From NCBI GenBank assembly GCA_963774265.1, contig CAVZDU010000010.1, forward strand, positions 32,001-96,000: 64,000 bases of DNA. Direction: 5' to 3'. Under the pieces are notes generated by a model. That model was given only the letters and a program-made list of their open reading frames with translations. It was not told the origin of the DNA and searched no databases. Of this stretch, positions 53,230-62,607 are shown piece by piece. Made by a program: the position numbers and the translations under genes. The stretch comes from an uncultured Chloroflexia bacterium. Lineage in GTDB: Bacteria > Chloroflexota > Anaerolineae > CG2-30-64-16. Position 1 is the stretch's first letter. Each line of letters opens with the position of its first letter.

Positions 53230-54431
53230 TGACTGAGAGAGGTCCTGTCGTGGCCGCATTATCGTCCAGAGAACGCCTTCTCATCACCCTCAACCACGGC
53301 GAACCTGACTGTGTGCCGTCCGATCTTGGTAGCACACAGGTCACCGGCATCCACACCCTGGCCTATCAGGCCCTCCGCGATTGGCTGGGCCTCCCTCAGG
53401 TCAGGATCACGATGTGTGACGACATCCAGGGCCTGGCGCTGCCGGACGATGACCTCTTGGATATGTGGCGGATCGACGTGCGCGGGCTGTTCCCGCTCAA
53501 CAGTCACAACGATGCAGTCACGGCGCGCACGCGGCGCGAGCCGAAGGGCGATGGTGCAGAAGTAGAGGCTTTCGTCGACGAGTGGGGCATCACCCAACAT
53601 CGGCCCTACCCCGATGGCCTCTACTTCACGGCAGTACACCACCCGCTCGACGGATCCATCACGCCGGACGACGTCAGCAAATATCCCTGGCCCGACACGG
53701 GCGATCCGCGTCGCATTTCGGGACTACGAGACCTGGCGTTGGGCTACAGGGCGCAGGGCCGGGCGGTGATGATCAAGGGTGTGTTGGCAGGCATCTTTGA
53801 GATGGCTCAGCGAGTCCGTGGTATGGCCGCACTCATGATGGACCTCGCATCCGACGAAGCATTGGCAGGAGCGCTCCTGGATCGGATGGTGGACCTCAAA
53901 CTGGCCTTCTGGGAAATGGTCCTGCCGCAATTGCGAGACGTGGTCGACGTGATTTCGGAGGCGGACGACTACGGCACGCAGACCTCGCAGCTCATCTCCC
54001 CGCGCATGTTCCGCAGGATCATGAAACCGCGATTGGCGCGGCTGTTTGGCCGCATCCACGAGCTGGCTCCCGAGGCGAAGCTCTTCTTCCACTCGTGCGG
54101 AAATGTGCGCCCGCTGTTGCCTGATTTCATCGAGATCGGGGTGGACATCCTGAATCCGGTTCATGTTCGCGCAACCGGCATGGAGCCGGTCGCACTCAAG
54201 CGCGATTTCGGCAAAGATATCGTCTTTTGGGGTGGTGGGGTCGATACCCAGGATGTGTTGCCTTATGGCACGCCCCAGCAGGTACGAGATGACGTGCGAC
54301 GCAACATTGAGGCCTTGGCTCCTGGCGGCGGCTACGTGTTCAATACCGTGCATAATATTCAGGCGGATGTGCCTGTCGAGAACATCATCGCGCTGTGGGA
54401 AGCCCTGAGGGAGTTCGGCGCCTATCGCTGA
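53229..54431 (+). CDS. UroD/MtaA-CmuA family protein
   Basis: SSRER...H.EPD.VP, DEWG, YPWPD, RG, ADDYGTQ, ISPRMFR, HSCG, FWGGGVDTQ, GGYVFNTVHNIQ and ENI. The ATG at 53229 overlaps the MFS stop. Confidence 0.9.
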   Translation: MTERGPVVAALSSRERLLITLNHGEPDCVPSDLGSTQVTGIHTLAYQALRDWLGLPQVRITMCDDIQGLALPDDDLLDMWRIDVRGLFPLNSHNDAVTARTRREPKGDGAEVEAFVDEWGITQHRPYPDGLYFTAVHHPLDGSITPDDVSKYPWPDTGDPRRISGLRDLALGYRAQGRAVMIKGVLAGIFEMAQRVRGMAALMMDLASDEALAGALLDRMVDLKLAFWEMVLPQLRDVVDVISEADDYGTQTSQLISPRMFRRIMKPRLARLFGRIHELAPEAKLFFHSCGNVRPLLPDFIEIGVDILNPVHVRATGMEPVALKRDFGKDIVFWGGGVDTQDVLPYGTPQQVRDDVRRNIEALAPGGGYVFNTVHNIQADVPVENIIALWEALREFGAYR

Positions 54432-54474
54432 CGGCCGCCCATGAGGAGTTCGGTCAGGTGGATCATCGGGACAT

Positions 54475-55692
54475 CTACGGCCGGAATCGTTCCGGTAGGC
54501 CTTCCAAAGCTGCCTGCACGCGCTGGCGAAGGCTCTTCTGATCCGGCCGGCCCTTGCCCCCGCGCGTGAGTTGCTCACGCAGGTACGTGCCCACTTCGCG
54601 CATGATGCCCTGCAACGCTTCCTGCGACGGCCTCTCACCGCGCTCGAACCACAGCATCGCACCGTAGCCCATCGCCACCGTCGCGGACGCGGCCACGGCC
54701 GCGCTCAGGACCCAGCCAGGTGCACCCAGAAACTTGGATAACTCCCGCTGCAGCGTCCGCGCCGCGAACCCAACACCGAACGCGGCGATCAGTTCCTTGG
54801 CGCGTGCCGGAGTGACGTCATAGCCGTAAATGCGCGCGATGGTCAGCACCAGGCCGGTCTGGACCCCGATAAGCGGGAGGACATCTGCCACCGGTAGTGG
54901 GATGAAGGCGATGCTGGCAGATGCGGTGGCCGCCGCAATAATGCGTTGCCATGCCAGTTTTGACCGATACGCTGGCAGCGCGTCCGCGAGCGAGATCAAG
55001 AGGCTCGGCTCAGCCTGTGCGATCGAAAGCACCACGTGGCCCACGTGGTCACCCTTTGACGCTGAGATGTCCATGATTTGCGCCCGTTCGATGCCCAGAT
55101 TGGCCGCGGCCGAATCCATGACCTTATCTCGGTCCCCTTTGGATACCAGGTCCATCTTGTTCAGCACGACCAGGTGTGGCTTGCCAAGGCCCTGCAAGGC
55201 ATCGAACAGTTCTCGGTCCGATCGGCTGACGCCGCTGGCTGCATCGAACATGATGACGAGGAAGTCGGCGGATCGCGCGGCGGACAGGGCAATCTCGCGC
55301 TCGCGTTCACCCACCGATCCCACCGCGTCTGCTCCGGGCGTGTCAACAACCCTGAACACCCCCGCTGACCCGGCCTGATTCACGCGCGTGGTCCCCGGAA
55401 CGGGGCTGACGGCCGCTTTCTGCTCTGAGGGTGCGATAAGCTGGTTGTACAGCGTGGACTTGCCGACGTTGGCCGGACCTACGATAGCGATAGTGGCCGC
55501 AGTGTGATCGAGTGCAGTACGGTAGTTGTCGGTGACATAACGCAGTACATCCTTGACCCCGGTGATATTGCCCCCCACGCCGGGCAGCCACCGCTCGAGG
55601 TCGCGTTGTTGCTCCGCGGACAGCCGATTCCAGACGCCTTTAACCGCGCTCCGGGCGGGTAGGGGCAGGCTCTCAACAAGTGGGTTGGTCAC
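54475..55692 (-). CDS. Small GTPase (Era/MMR_HSR1-like) fused to a DUF697/YcjF-like membrane domain
   Basis: GPANVGKST, PGTT, DTPG, NKMD and SA (G1-G5), followed by IPLPVAD...Q...IARIYG. The likely GTG start at 55692 overlaps the upstream stop. Confidence 0.85.
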   Translation of the reverse strand: MTNPLVESLPLPARSAVKGVWNRLSAEQQRDLERWLPGVGGNITGVKDVLRYVTDNYRTALDHTAATIAIVGPANVGKSTLYNQLIAPSEQKAAVSPVPGTTRVNQAGSAGVFRVVDTPGADAVGSVGEREREIALSAARSADFLVIMFDAASGVSRSDRELFDALQGLGKPHLVVLNKMDLVSKGDRDKVMDSAAANLGIERAQIMDISASKGDHVGHVVLSIAQAEPSLLISLADALPAYRSKLAWQRIIAAATASASIAFIPLPVADVLPLIGVQTGLVLTIARIYGYDVTPARAKELIAAFGVGFAARTLQRELSKFLGAPGWVLSAAVAASATVAMGYGAMLWFERGERPSQEALQGIMREVGTYLREQLTRGGKGRPDQKSLRQRVQAALEGLPERFRP

Positions 55693-56462
55693 CTTGGTCT
55701 CCGTGTTTGGCCGGGAATGCGTCCTACCGGGGCGAGGTAGATCGTGAACTCGTCCACCCCATCCACCCCCAGTGCGCCGTCCATGGCCACTTGATCGTAC
55801 GCGCCGAGCGCGCAGGTCCCGCAGTCGATGGCTTCGGCGGCCAGGTAGAGGTTCTGGCAGACGTGCCCGATGTCCATGAGGATGACGCGGTGTGCGTGGT
55901 GCAAATAGCGCCATTCGCTTCTATAGGGGATCACGGTCCAGATGAAGGTCGCCGCACTCTCAAGTACGTACTGCTCCTCACTGGCAGCGTGGATCTCAAC
56001 GCAGATATCGTCATCTGCTCGCAGCAAGCACAGCCGGTGCTCAACGGGCAGGTAGCGATACAGGCCTGCATTCAGGCCTTCCACCCGATTGACAAGGATG
56101 TATGTCTCAAAGGGATGCCTGCAGCCCGCCGACGGCACAGTGCGAAACGCGCGCGGTCCCGGCGTGATCTTCTCGATCCCCTGGCAGGACCACAGCAAGA
56201 ATGACAGTTCTTCCAGGGTCAGCGCCGCGTCCGTGTATTTGCGCCGGCTGCGCCGCTTGTTGATCGCCTCGATCAGCGGCATGGAGCCGACCGTGAACTG
56301 TGTGGGTGAGATCAGGTCGAATTGCGGAGCATCAGCGGGAGCGGGCTTCTCGAACGGAGGCGCAGGCACGCCACGGTGCTGGTCCGTGGCCAGGGCTTCA
56401 AACGTCTCCCACTCGTCCGATTTCAGGAACTGACGCCGAATCTTCATAGTTTCATCAGTCAC
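55689..56462 (-). CDS. SagB/ThcOx-family nitroreductase-like FMN oxidoreductase
   Basis: RRSRRKY, LSFLLW, RTVPSAGCRHPFETY, GLYRY, WRY and DIGHVCQNLYLAAEA. Confidence 0.9.
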   Translation of the reverse strand: MTDETMKIRRQFLKSDEWETFEALATDQHRGVPAPPFEKPAPADAPQFDLISPTQFTVGSMPLIEAINKRRSRRKYTDAALTLEELSFLLWSCQGIEKITPGPRAFRTVPSAGCRHPFETYILVNRVEGLNAGLYRYLPVEHRLCLLRADDDICVEIHAASEEQYVLESAATFIWTVIPYRSEWRYLHHAHRVILMDIGHVCQNLYLAAEAIDCGTCALGAYDQVAMDGALGVDGVDEFTIYLAPVGRIPGQTRRPR

Positions 56463-56697
56463 GGTGTCTCTCCATTATCCTGCGCAGCGGTGGGAGTCTG
56501 CCCGGCCGCTCGCATCCACATTGTACATGCTGTACCCGGTTCACGCCAGAGCAGAGCTGTAGAACTTGTGACGGGGTTGCTCTTTGCCCTACTCGTTGGT
56601 ATCACCCCAGAACTCGCTCCATCTCGACAATTGCGGTAGGATGAGGTATGTATAGTCTGCTTAGGTCTCGCTTTGTCCACACATCCCTGAGGTGAAC

Positions 56698-59139
56698 ATG
56701 CGCTACGGATACTTCGACGACGATCGCCGTGAATATGTCATCACTCGACCCGACACTCCCTTGCCGTGGACGAATTACCTCGGCAGCCAGGCCTACTTTG
56801 GTCTCATCTCCAACACCGCGGGCGGTTACTCTTTCTACCGCGACGCGCGTCTTCGCCGGCTCACACGTTATCGGTACAACAACGTACCCTTCGACACCGG
56901 CGGCCGCTATATCTACCTGCGAGACGACGCCTCCGGCGCGTACTGGTCGCCATCGTGGCAACCCACGCGCACGGATCTGGATAGCTACTCGTGCCGCCAC
57001 GGCATGGGGTACACCATCATCGGGTCCACAGCTCATGGCATCCGCGCGGAAACACTCTATTTTGTGCCGCTCAACCGTAACCTGGAGGTTTGGCGCCTCA
57101 CCCTAACCAACGAGCGGGCCACGGCAGCGGAGTTATCCGTCTTCTCGGCCCTGGAGTTTTGTCTCTGGGATGCGTGGGACGACGTCACAAACTTCCAGCG
57201 CAACTTCTCCACCGGTCAGGTTGAGGTGGAGGACGGGGTCATCTATCACAAGACCGAGTATCGCGAACGGCGTGACCACTTCGCCTACTTCGCCTGCTCA
57301 CTGCCGCTGGCGGGATACGACACCGCGCGCGACGAGTTCCTGGGTCCATATGGCGGTTGGGACGCGCCGCTCGTCGTGCGCCGCGGCGCAGCGGCCAACT
57401 CCATCGCCCACGGCTGGGCGCCTATGGGCTCGCACCAGGTCAAGCTGAGTCTTCAGCCCGGCGAAACCCGCACCGTGGTTTTTGTCTTGGGTTACATGGA
57501 AAACCCCGTCGACGAGAAGTTCGATCCGCCCGGCTCACAGCGGATCAACAAGCAGCGCGTGATCCCCCTGCTCGAGGAGTTTCTTGACCCGCATGCCGTT
57601 CAGGCTGCCTGGGATGAGTTGCGAGTCCATTGGGACGGCCTGCTTGGAAAGTTCCAGGTGCAAACCCCAGACGAGCACGTCAATCGGATGGCCAACATCT
57701 GGAACGCATACCAGTGCATGATCACCTTCAACATGTCCCGCTCCGCTTCGTTTTATGAGTCGGGCGTGGGCCGCGGCATGGGCTTCCGCGATTCGAACCA
57801 GGACCTGCTGGGCTTCGTCCACATGATCCCTGAGCGCGCGCGTGAGCGTATTTTGGATCTCGCCTCGACACAACTCCCCACGGGCGGGGCTTATCACCAG
57901 TACCAGCCTTTGACCAAGCGCGGCAATGACCTGGTCGGTACGAACTTCAATGACGACCCGCTGTGGTTGGTCCTCGGTGTCGCCGCATATGTCAAAGAGA
58001 CGGGCGACCTCTCTATCCTGCAGGAGCCTGCCCCTTACGATAACAAACCCGGCTCTGAAACGCCCCTCTATGAGCACTTGCAGCGCAGCATGAACTATAC
58101 GTTGGACCGCCTCGGCCCCCACCACCTGCCTCTGATCGGCCACGCGGATTGGAATGATTGCCTGAACCTGAATTGCTTTTCCACGACGCCCGGCGAATCT
58201 TTTCAGACCACTACCAGCAAAGATGGTGTGACTGCCGAATCCGTATTCATCGCCGGGCTCTTCGTGCTCGCTGCCGATGAGATGGTGCAGCTTGCACAAA
58301 TGACCGCGAACGCGGCAGACGTAGCAACCTACAGAGCTGCGGCACGGGCGATGACATCGACTGTCCATGATTCCGGTTGGGACGGCGCCTGGTTCCGGCG
58401 CGCCTATGATGACTACAGCCGGCCGGTCGGATCGCAAGAGAACGACGAAGGCCAGATCTACATTGAGCCCCAGGGCATGTGCGTCATGGCCGGCATTGGC
58501 GTGGACGACGGCCGCGCTCGTCAGGCGCTGGATTCGGTTCGCGAGCGATTGGCGACACCGCATGGTATTGTGCTCCAACAGCCGGCCTACTCGCAGTATT
58601 ACATTCATCTGGGTGAGATCTCGACCTACCCGCCGGGATACAAGGAAAATGGCGGCATCTTCTGTCACACCAACCCGTGGATCATGATCGCGGAGGCAAA
58701 GCTGGGCAACGGCGACGCGGCGTACGACTACTATTTGCGCATCAATCCGTCGGCGCGCGAGGCGATTAGCGAAGTGCACCGATGCGAGCCGTACGTTTAC
58801 GCGCAGATGATTGCCGGCAAGGATGCACCGACTCACGGTGAGGCCAAGAACTCATGGCTTTCGGGCACCGCGGCATGGAACTATGTCGCCATCACGCAAT
58901 GGATTCTCGGCATCCGACCCGAGCACGCCGGTCTGCGCATCGCGCCGGTGCTGCCCTCGGGCTGGACGGGGTTCAGCGCGCGGCGCGTCTTCCGCGGCGT
59001 CACCTATCGGATCCAGGTGGAGCGTCGAGGCGCTGGCAACAACACCGAGTTGGAGGTGAATGGTCAACCCCTAACCGGAGATATCGTACCGTGGCCCGGG
59101 GCTGACACTGAAGTGCAGGTGCGGGCGGTCGTTTCCTGA
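56698..59139 (+). CDS. Cellobiose phosphorylase (GH94)
   Basis: MRYGYFDD.REYVIT, RRLTRYRYN, SPSWQP, GRGMGFRDSNQD, ADWNDCLNLNCFS, YPPGYKENGGIFCH and AKNSWLSGTAAW. Confidence 0.92.
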   Translation: MRYGYFDDDRREYVITRPDTPLPWTNYLGSQAYFGLISNTAGGYSFYRDARLRRLTRYRYNNVPFDTGGRYIYLRDDASGAYWSPSWQPTRTDLDSYSCRHGMGYTIIGSTAHGIRAETLYFVPLNRNLEVWRLTLTNERATAAELSVFSALEFCLWDAWDDVTNFQRNFSTGQVEVEDGVIYHKTEYRERRDHFAYFACSLPLAGYDTARDEFLGPYGGWDAPLVVRRGAAANSIAHGWAPMGSHQVKLSLQPGETRTVVFVLGYMENPVDEKFDPPGSQRINKQRVIPLLEEFLDPHAVQAAWDELRVHWDGLLGKFQVQTPDEHVNRMANIWNAYQCMITFNMSRSASFYESGVGRGMGFRDSNQDLLGFVHMIPERARERILDLASTQLPTGGAYHQYQPLTKRGNDLVGTNFNDDPLWLVLGVAAYVKETGDLSILQEPAPYDNKPGSETPLYEHLQRSMNYTLDRLGPHHLPLIGHADWNDCLNLNCFSTTPGESFQTTTSKDGVTAESVFIAGLFVLAADEMVQLAQMTANAADVATYRAAARAMTSTVHDSGWDGAWFRRAYDDYSRPVGSQENDEGQIYIEPQGMCVMAGIGVDDGRARQALDSVRERLATPHGIVLQQPAYSQYYIHLGEISTYPPGYKENGGIFCHTNPWIMIAEAKLGNGDAAYDYYLRINPSAREAISEVHRCEPYVYAQMIAGKDAPTHGEAKNSWLSGTAAWNYVAITQWILGIRPEHAGLRIAPVLPSGWTGFSARRVFRGVTYRIQVERRGAGNNTELEVNGQPLTGDIVPWPGADTEVQVRAVVS

Positions 59140-59175
59140 CCCACGCGGGTGACCCTCGCCGTATGGCGCGTCGCC

Positions 59176-60795
59176 CTAGCCCACTCCGTTCGGGCTTTTC
59201 TTTCCAACGGCCAGCGCGTGTGCGACGGCGTCGACCGTCTCCTGCAGGGTGGCGAACTCCTCGCGCGTGTAGGGTCTGGATTCCTGTCGCGGGCCCAACA
59301 ACAGCAGCCCGAAGCGCTGCCCTCCGTACTCCAGGGGTGAGGCCACCCAGGCCTCGCCCCGCCAGTCACCGTACGTGTACACTGTTTCCAGGCGGCCGTT
59401 ATTCATCATATTGATGGCGCCACTCTTGGCGGACATTCCGGTCGCGGCCTCATCGAGCAGTTTCCTGGTCATCAACTGTGCATCGCTCATCTGCACATAC
59501 GAGTTGATTGCGCCGCCGAAATCGCGCAAGGCCCGAATGTGATCGGGTGAGTCCCTGAGCGTGCGGTCGAGAAGTGTCTGGAGCCGCGTCTTGATCGGCG
59601 TGAATACCGAAACCAGGATCAACGACGTCAGCACGACTGCCACATCGCTTCGTTCGCCGGTGAAGCTCTCGAAGATCTTCTGCAGAATGGTGATGCTCAC
59701 GCTGACCACACCGGCGAGCACAGCGGTCATCGTCCCCCAGAGGATCGTGCGATTGAAAATGGCGTCCATTTGGAGCAATCGATAGCGGAAGATAGCAATC
59801 GCAACACTGAACGGGAAGATCACCAGCGACGGCATATACAGCGCAGGCTCAAAGTGCAGCCGAATCCCGATCAAAGGGGTCGTCAGCCAAATCAACAGCG
59901 GCGAGAAGGAGATTGCGCTGCCCAGCAGGACTATCCGCGCCTGCCGTCGGACAACAGGTTCTTCGCTGCGAAAGGCTCGATATAGCATAGTGCCGAGGAA
60001 GAGCAGGCCACTGATCCCCGTGTACCGGTAGCACACATCGCGGACATCGAGATATTGCCAGGGTTGGGATTGATCGTACAACAAAATCGCAGCCCAAGCC
60101 CCCAGGCCAAGCGAGATAAGATACGGCACGGCCAAAATGGCGGGGAAGCGCCGTACAAGCCGTGCTTCTTGCGGGAAGCGCATGGCCAGGCTCAGCAATG
60201 AGCCACCGAGACTGGCGATCGCCACCGACCAAACGGGCGTTCCAACGTGCGTGGAAAACATGTCGAAGTAAAGGCTCATTGTGGTGGCGGTCGCGAAGCA
60301 GAAGAAGGCGAGCGCGCGGCCCGGACGGGTGCTGCCGCGCGCTCGATAAATCCAGACGCCAATGCTGAGATATGCCAGGCCCATAAGATAGGGCATCCAG
60401 AAGAGTCGGAACAGGTCGCGCACCGGAAAATCGATTAGCCGCACCGTTGGGAAGAACTTCTCGCCACCCTCCCGCAATTGTGTTGATATGGCCACCGAGT
60501 CGCCGACTGCGAGCCTGCTAAGAATTGCCTGGTACTGCTGGTCGCTGCCTACAGCGCTGCCTCCAAAGCGGGTCACAAGTTGCCCTAATTCCACGCCAGC
60601 CGCGCGTCCGCTCCAGCCAACGCCATCCTGATCGGTCGCCACGAGGGTGTGGTTCATTAGGAAGCCGGGAAACGGCCGGTTCGCCCAGGAGAGCGCGAGC
60701 ATGGGACCCATGATCACGCCGAGGGTGGCAAGCCCAAACGCGATCAGCGTCACCAGCCGACTAATACGTTCCAGTACATCCCCGTTTCTGGCCAT
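59176..60795 (-). CDS. Membrane sensor-like protein: N-terminal TM, PDZ-like domain, multi-TM region, C-terminal GAF-like domain, no catalytic output domain
   Basis: PFPGF...AGVELGQLVTRFGG PDZ-like segment, about 9 hydrophobic helices with RRQARI and AIFRYRLL motifs, and PLEYGGQRFGLLLLGPR..YTREE GAF-like end. Confidence 0.7.
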   Translation of the reverse strand: MARNGDVLERISRLVTLIAFGLATLGVIMGPMLALSWANRPFPGFLMNHTLVATDQDGVGWSGRAAGVELGQLVTRFGGSAVGSDQQYQAILSRLAVGDSVAISTQLREGGEKFFPTVRLIDFPVRDLFRLFWMPYLMGLAYLSIGVWIYRARGSTRPGRALAFFCFATATTMSLYFDMFSTHVGTPVWSVAIASLGGSLLSLAMRFPQEARLVRRFPAILAVPYLISLGLGAWAAILLYDQSQPWQYLDVRDVCYRYTGISGLLFLGTMLYRAFRSEEPVVRRQARIVLLGSAISFSPLLIWLTTPLIGIRLHFEPALYMPSLVIFPFSVAIAIFRYRLLQMDAIFNRTILWGTMTAVLAGVVSVSITILQKIFESFTGERSDVAVVLTSLILVSVFTPIKTRLQTLLDRTLRDSPDHIRALRDFGGAINSYVQMSDAQLMTRKLLDEAATGMSAKSGAINMMNNGRLETVYTYGDWRGEAWVASPLEYGGQRFGLLLLGPRQESRPYTREEFATLQETVDAVAHALAVGKKSPNGVG

Positions 60796-60798
60796 CTC

Positions 60799-62607
60799 CT
60801 ACAGGTCCGTTTCTGTTTCCCCAAGCGCGCTCAGATCGTCCATCAAGGTTCGGCGGCGCCTGTCAACGGTCTGCGGTTTGACCGAACGCGACAACGCGAT
60901 GACCGTGATGTCCTGATGATGCAGCGAGTCTTTGTCAGCGAACGTGGTGAGGTCGAGGCATAGGGCGTCCACGATGCCTTGCCCGGTGGTGGCGCCCGAC
61001 GCGTTCAAGACGGCCCGCGCGCGCTCCGGTCCGAACGCGTCCCCAGTCTCGGGCCGCACCCCCAGCACTCCGGGGCTGTAAAAGATGATGCTATCACCCA
61101 TTTCCAGCAGGACTTCCTCCTGTTCGTACTCGTAATCCAACGTCTGGCCGAGGAAAGCCCCCCCTTCGCGCATCTCGACCAGATCACCATCGCGCCACAG
61201 GAGGGGCGCACAGAACCCGGCAGTGGCGAACTGCAGCAGTCCGTTGGCCGGATCGAGGAGCGCGTACTCGGACGTAATGGCTGCCTCGGAACGCATATCC
61301 GGGCAGAGCAGATTGTTGCTCTGGGTCAGCGCCTGACCCGCCGATTGTGCGCGAGCTGCAGCCGTCCGGAAAGCCGCGCGCAAGGTCGATAACAAGTGGA
61401 TCGCGGCTACACCCTTCTCGGCCACGGTCACCAACGACGTCATTAGCTTGCCGTCGGGAAGGAGCATGAAATCGTACATGTCGCGGGCGGCCGCGCCGTT
61501 GGCCCCACTCTGATGATAGACGCCCACATCCCAGCCGCTGACCAGCGGCGCCTGTTTGGGCAGCAGTTGCTGGCGAATCTGCTTGCTGAGCCGCCCCTCG
61601 ACCACGGATTGATCGCGTTCCAGGATTTCCGAGCGCTGTCCGCGCGCCAGCAGCGCGACGCCGAGCGTGGGAATGATCATGCCCAATGCCAACAAGCCGA
61701 TGAGTCCGGTGGCAAAGCGTTGGACCGGCGCCATCGCGGTCGTCCAGTCCGTCTCTGTCACGAGCGTCCAATCGGTGCCCGGCACCGGTGCAAATGCTGC
61801 GACCACATCGTGCCCTTGAACGTCTTTCGTCCGCCGTGATCCGCCCTGAGCGCCGGTCGTGCGGAGTTCCCCTGTCTCGATGCTCTCGCCGACGCGCTCA
61901 TAGCCGGAGTCATAGATGACGCGGCCCGCTGCGTCCACGATATAGGTGTTTCCTGAACCGGTCAGGCGCAGACGCACGATGCTCGCGTAGAATGCGCTGA
62001 CCTGGGACTCGCCCAGGCGAAAGAGACCCGACAGGACGCCTACCATCTCCTTGTTTTCACCCAGCACGGGCACGCTCATCACGACGACCAATGCGTCACT
62101 GGGTCCGACATTGAGCACGCGTGAGAAGTGAATGGCAGGTGGCTGGGCGACGAGCATAGATTTAAAGAAATCTTGGCCGGACCAGTCATCGCTCATGATA
62201 TCCCAACGCTCAGGCACGGTGGCGCGAACTCGGCCGGTGTTGTCCAGCAAGATCACGCCGCCGTCGAACAAGCTGAGCCTCTGGCTTGCTCCGCGCAGAA
62301 AGAGTCTCTGGCGTTCGGTCAGTCCGAGATAGAGGCTTTGAGAACGAGCCAACGCCTGAAGTTCCTCGGCCAGCTTGCCGAGCTCATCACGCAGTCGCAC
62401 AGCGGTCAGGAGCGCCACCTGCCGGTCCCGTTCAATGATCAGATCCTCGGCAGCCCTGCGGTACGATAGATAGCTATACGTGGCTGCGCCGATCAAGCCG
62501 ACCATAGCCAAGAGGGTAATGGCCGCAAGGCTCCGTGCACGCGACTGCCGCCACAACCGCTTAACCCCCACCCGACTCCTCCGCGTTGCCCACTTGTGCC
62601 GCCTCAA
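60799..62607 (-). CDS. Cache-domain membrane sensor with degenerate SpoIIE/PP2C phosphatase domain
   Basis: TM, dCache (DWSGQDFF, YIVDAAGRVI, VPGTDWTLV), TM, then QQLLP...RDMYD...EKG...AG...GDSIIFYSPG...FGPER...QDIT. The start position is uncertain. Confidence 0.8.
   Translation of the reverse strand: MRRHKWATRRSRVGVKRLWRQSRARSLAAITLLAMVGLIGAATYSYLSYRRAAEDLIIERDRQVALLTAVRLRDELGKLAEELQALARSQSLYLGLTERQRLFLRGASQRLSLFDGGVILLDNTGRVRATVPERWDIMSDDWSGQDFFKSMLVAQPPAIHFSRVLNVGPSDALVVVMSVPVLGENKEMVGVLSGLFRLGESQVSAFYASIVRLRLTGSGNTYIVDAAGRVIYDSGYERVGESIETGELRTTGAQGGSRRTKDVQGHDVVAAFAPVPGTDWTLVTETDWTTAMAPVQRFATGLIGLLALGMIIPTLGVALLARGQRSEILERDQSVVEGRLSKQIRQQLLPKQAPLVSGWDVGVYHQSGANGAAARDMYDFMLLPDGKLMTSLVTVAEKGVAAIHLLSTLRAAFRTAAARAQSAGQALTQSNNLLCPDMRSEAAITSEYALLDPANGLLQFATAGFCAPLLWRDGDLVEMREGGAFLGQTLDYEYEQEEVLLEMGDSIIFYSPGVLGVRPETGDAFGPERARAVLNASGATTGQGIVDALCLDLTTFADKDSLHHQDITVIALSRSVKPQTVDRRRRTLMDDLSALGETETDL

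Noticed and set aside
41395-54431. Calling the UroD-fold genes hemE
   Set aside because: They lack the HemE N-terminal W.MRQAGR motif and there are no tetrapyrrole genes nearby.
55689-56462. Thiazole/oxazole RiPP biosynthetic cluster
   Set aside because: No YcaO, E1-like protein, precursor peptide or exporter is adjacent.
57535-58836. Long antisense ORFs (for example 57535-58836, 46240-47397, 10596-11642, 53724-54662)
   Set aside because: They overlap well-supported genes on the opposite strand, have no recognisable motifs, and are expected in GC-rich DNA.
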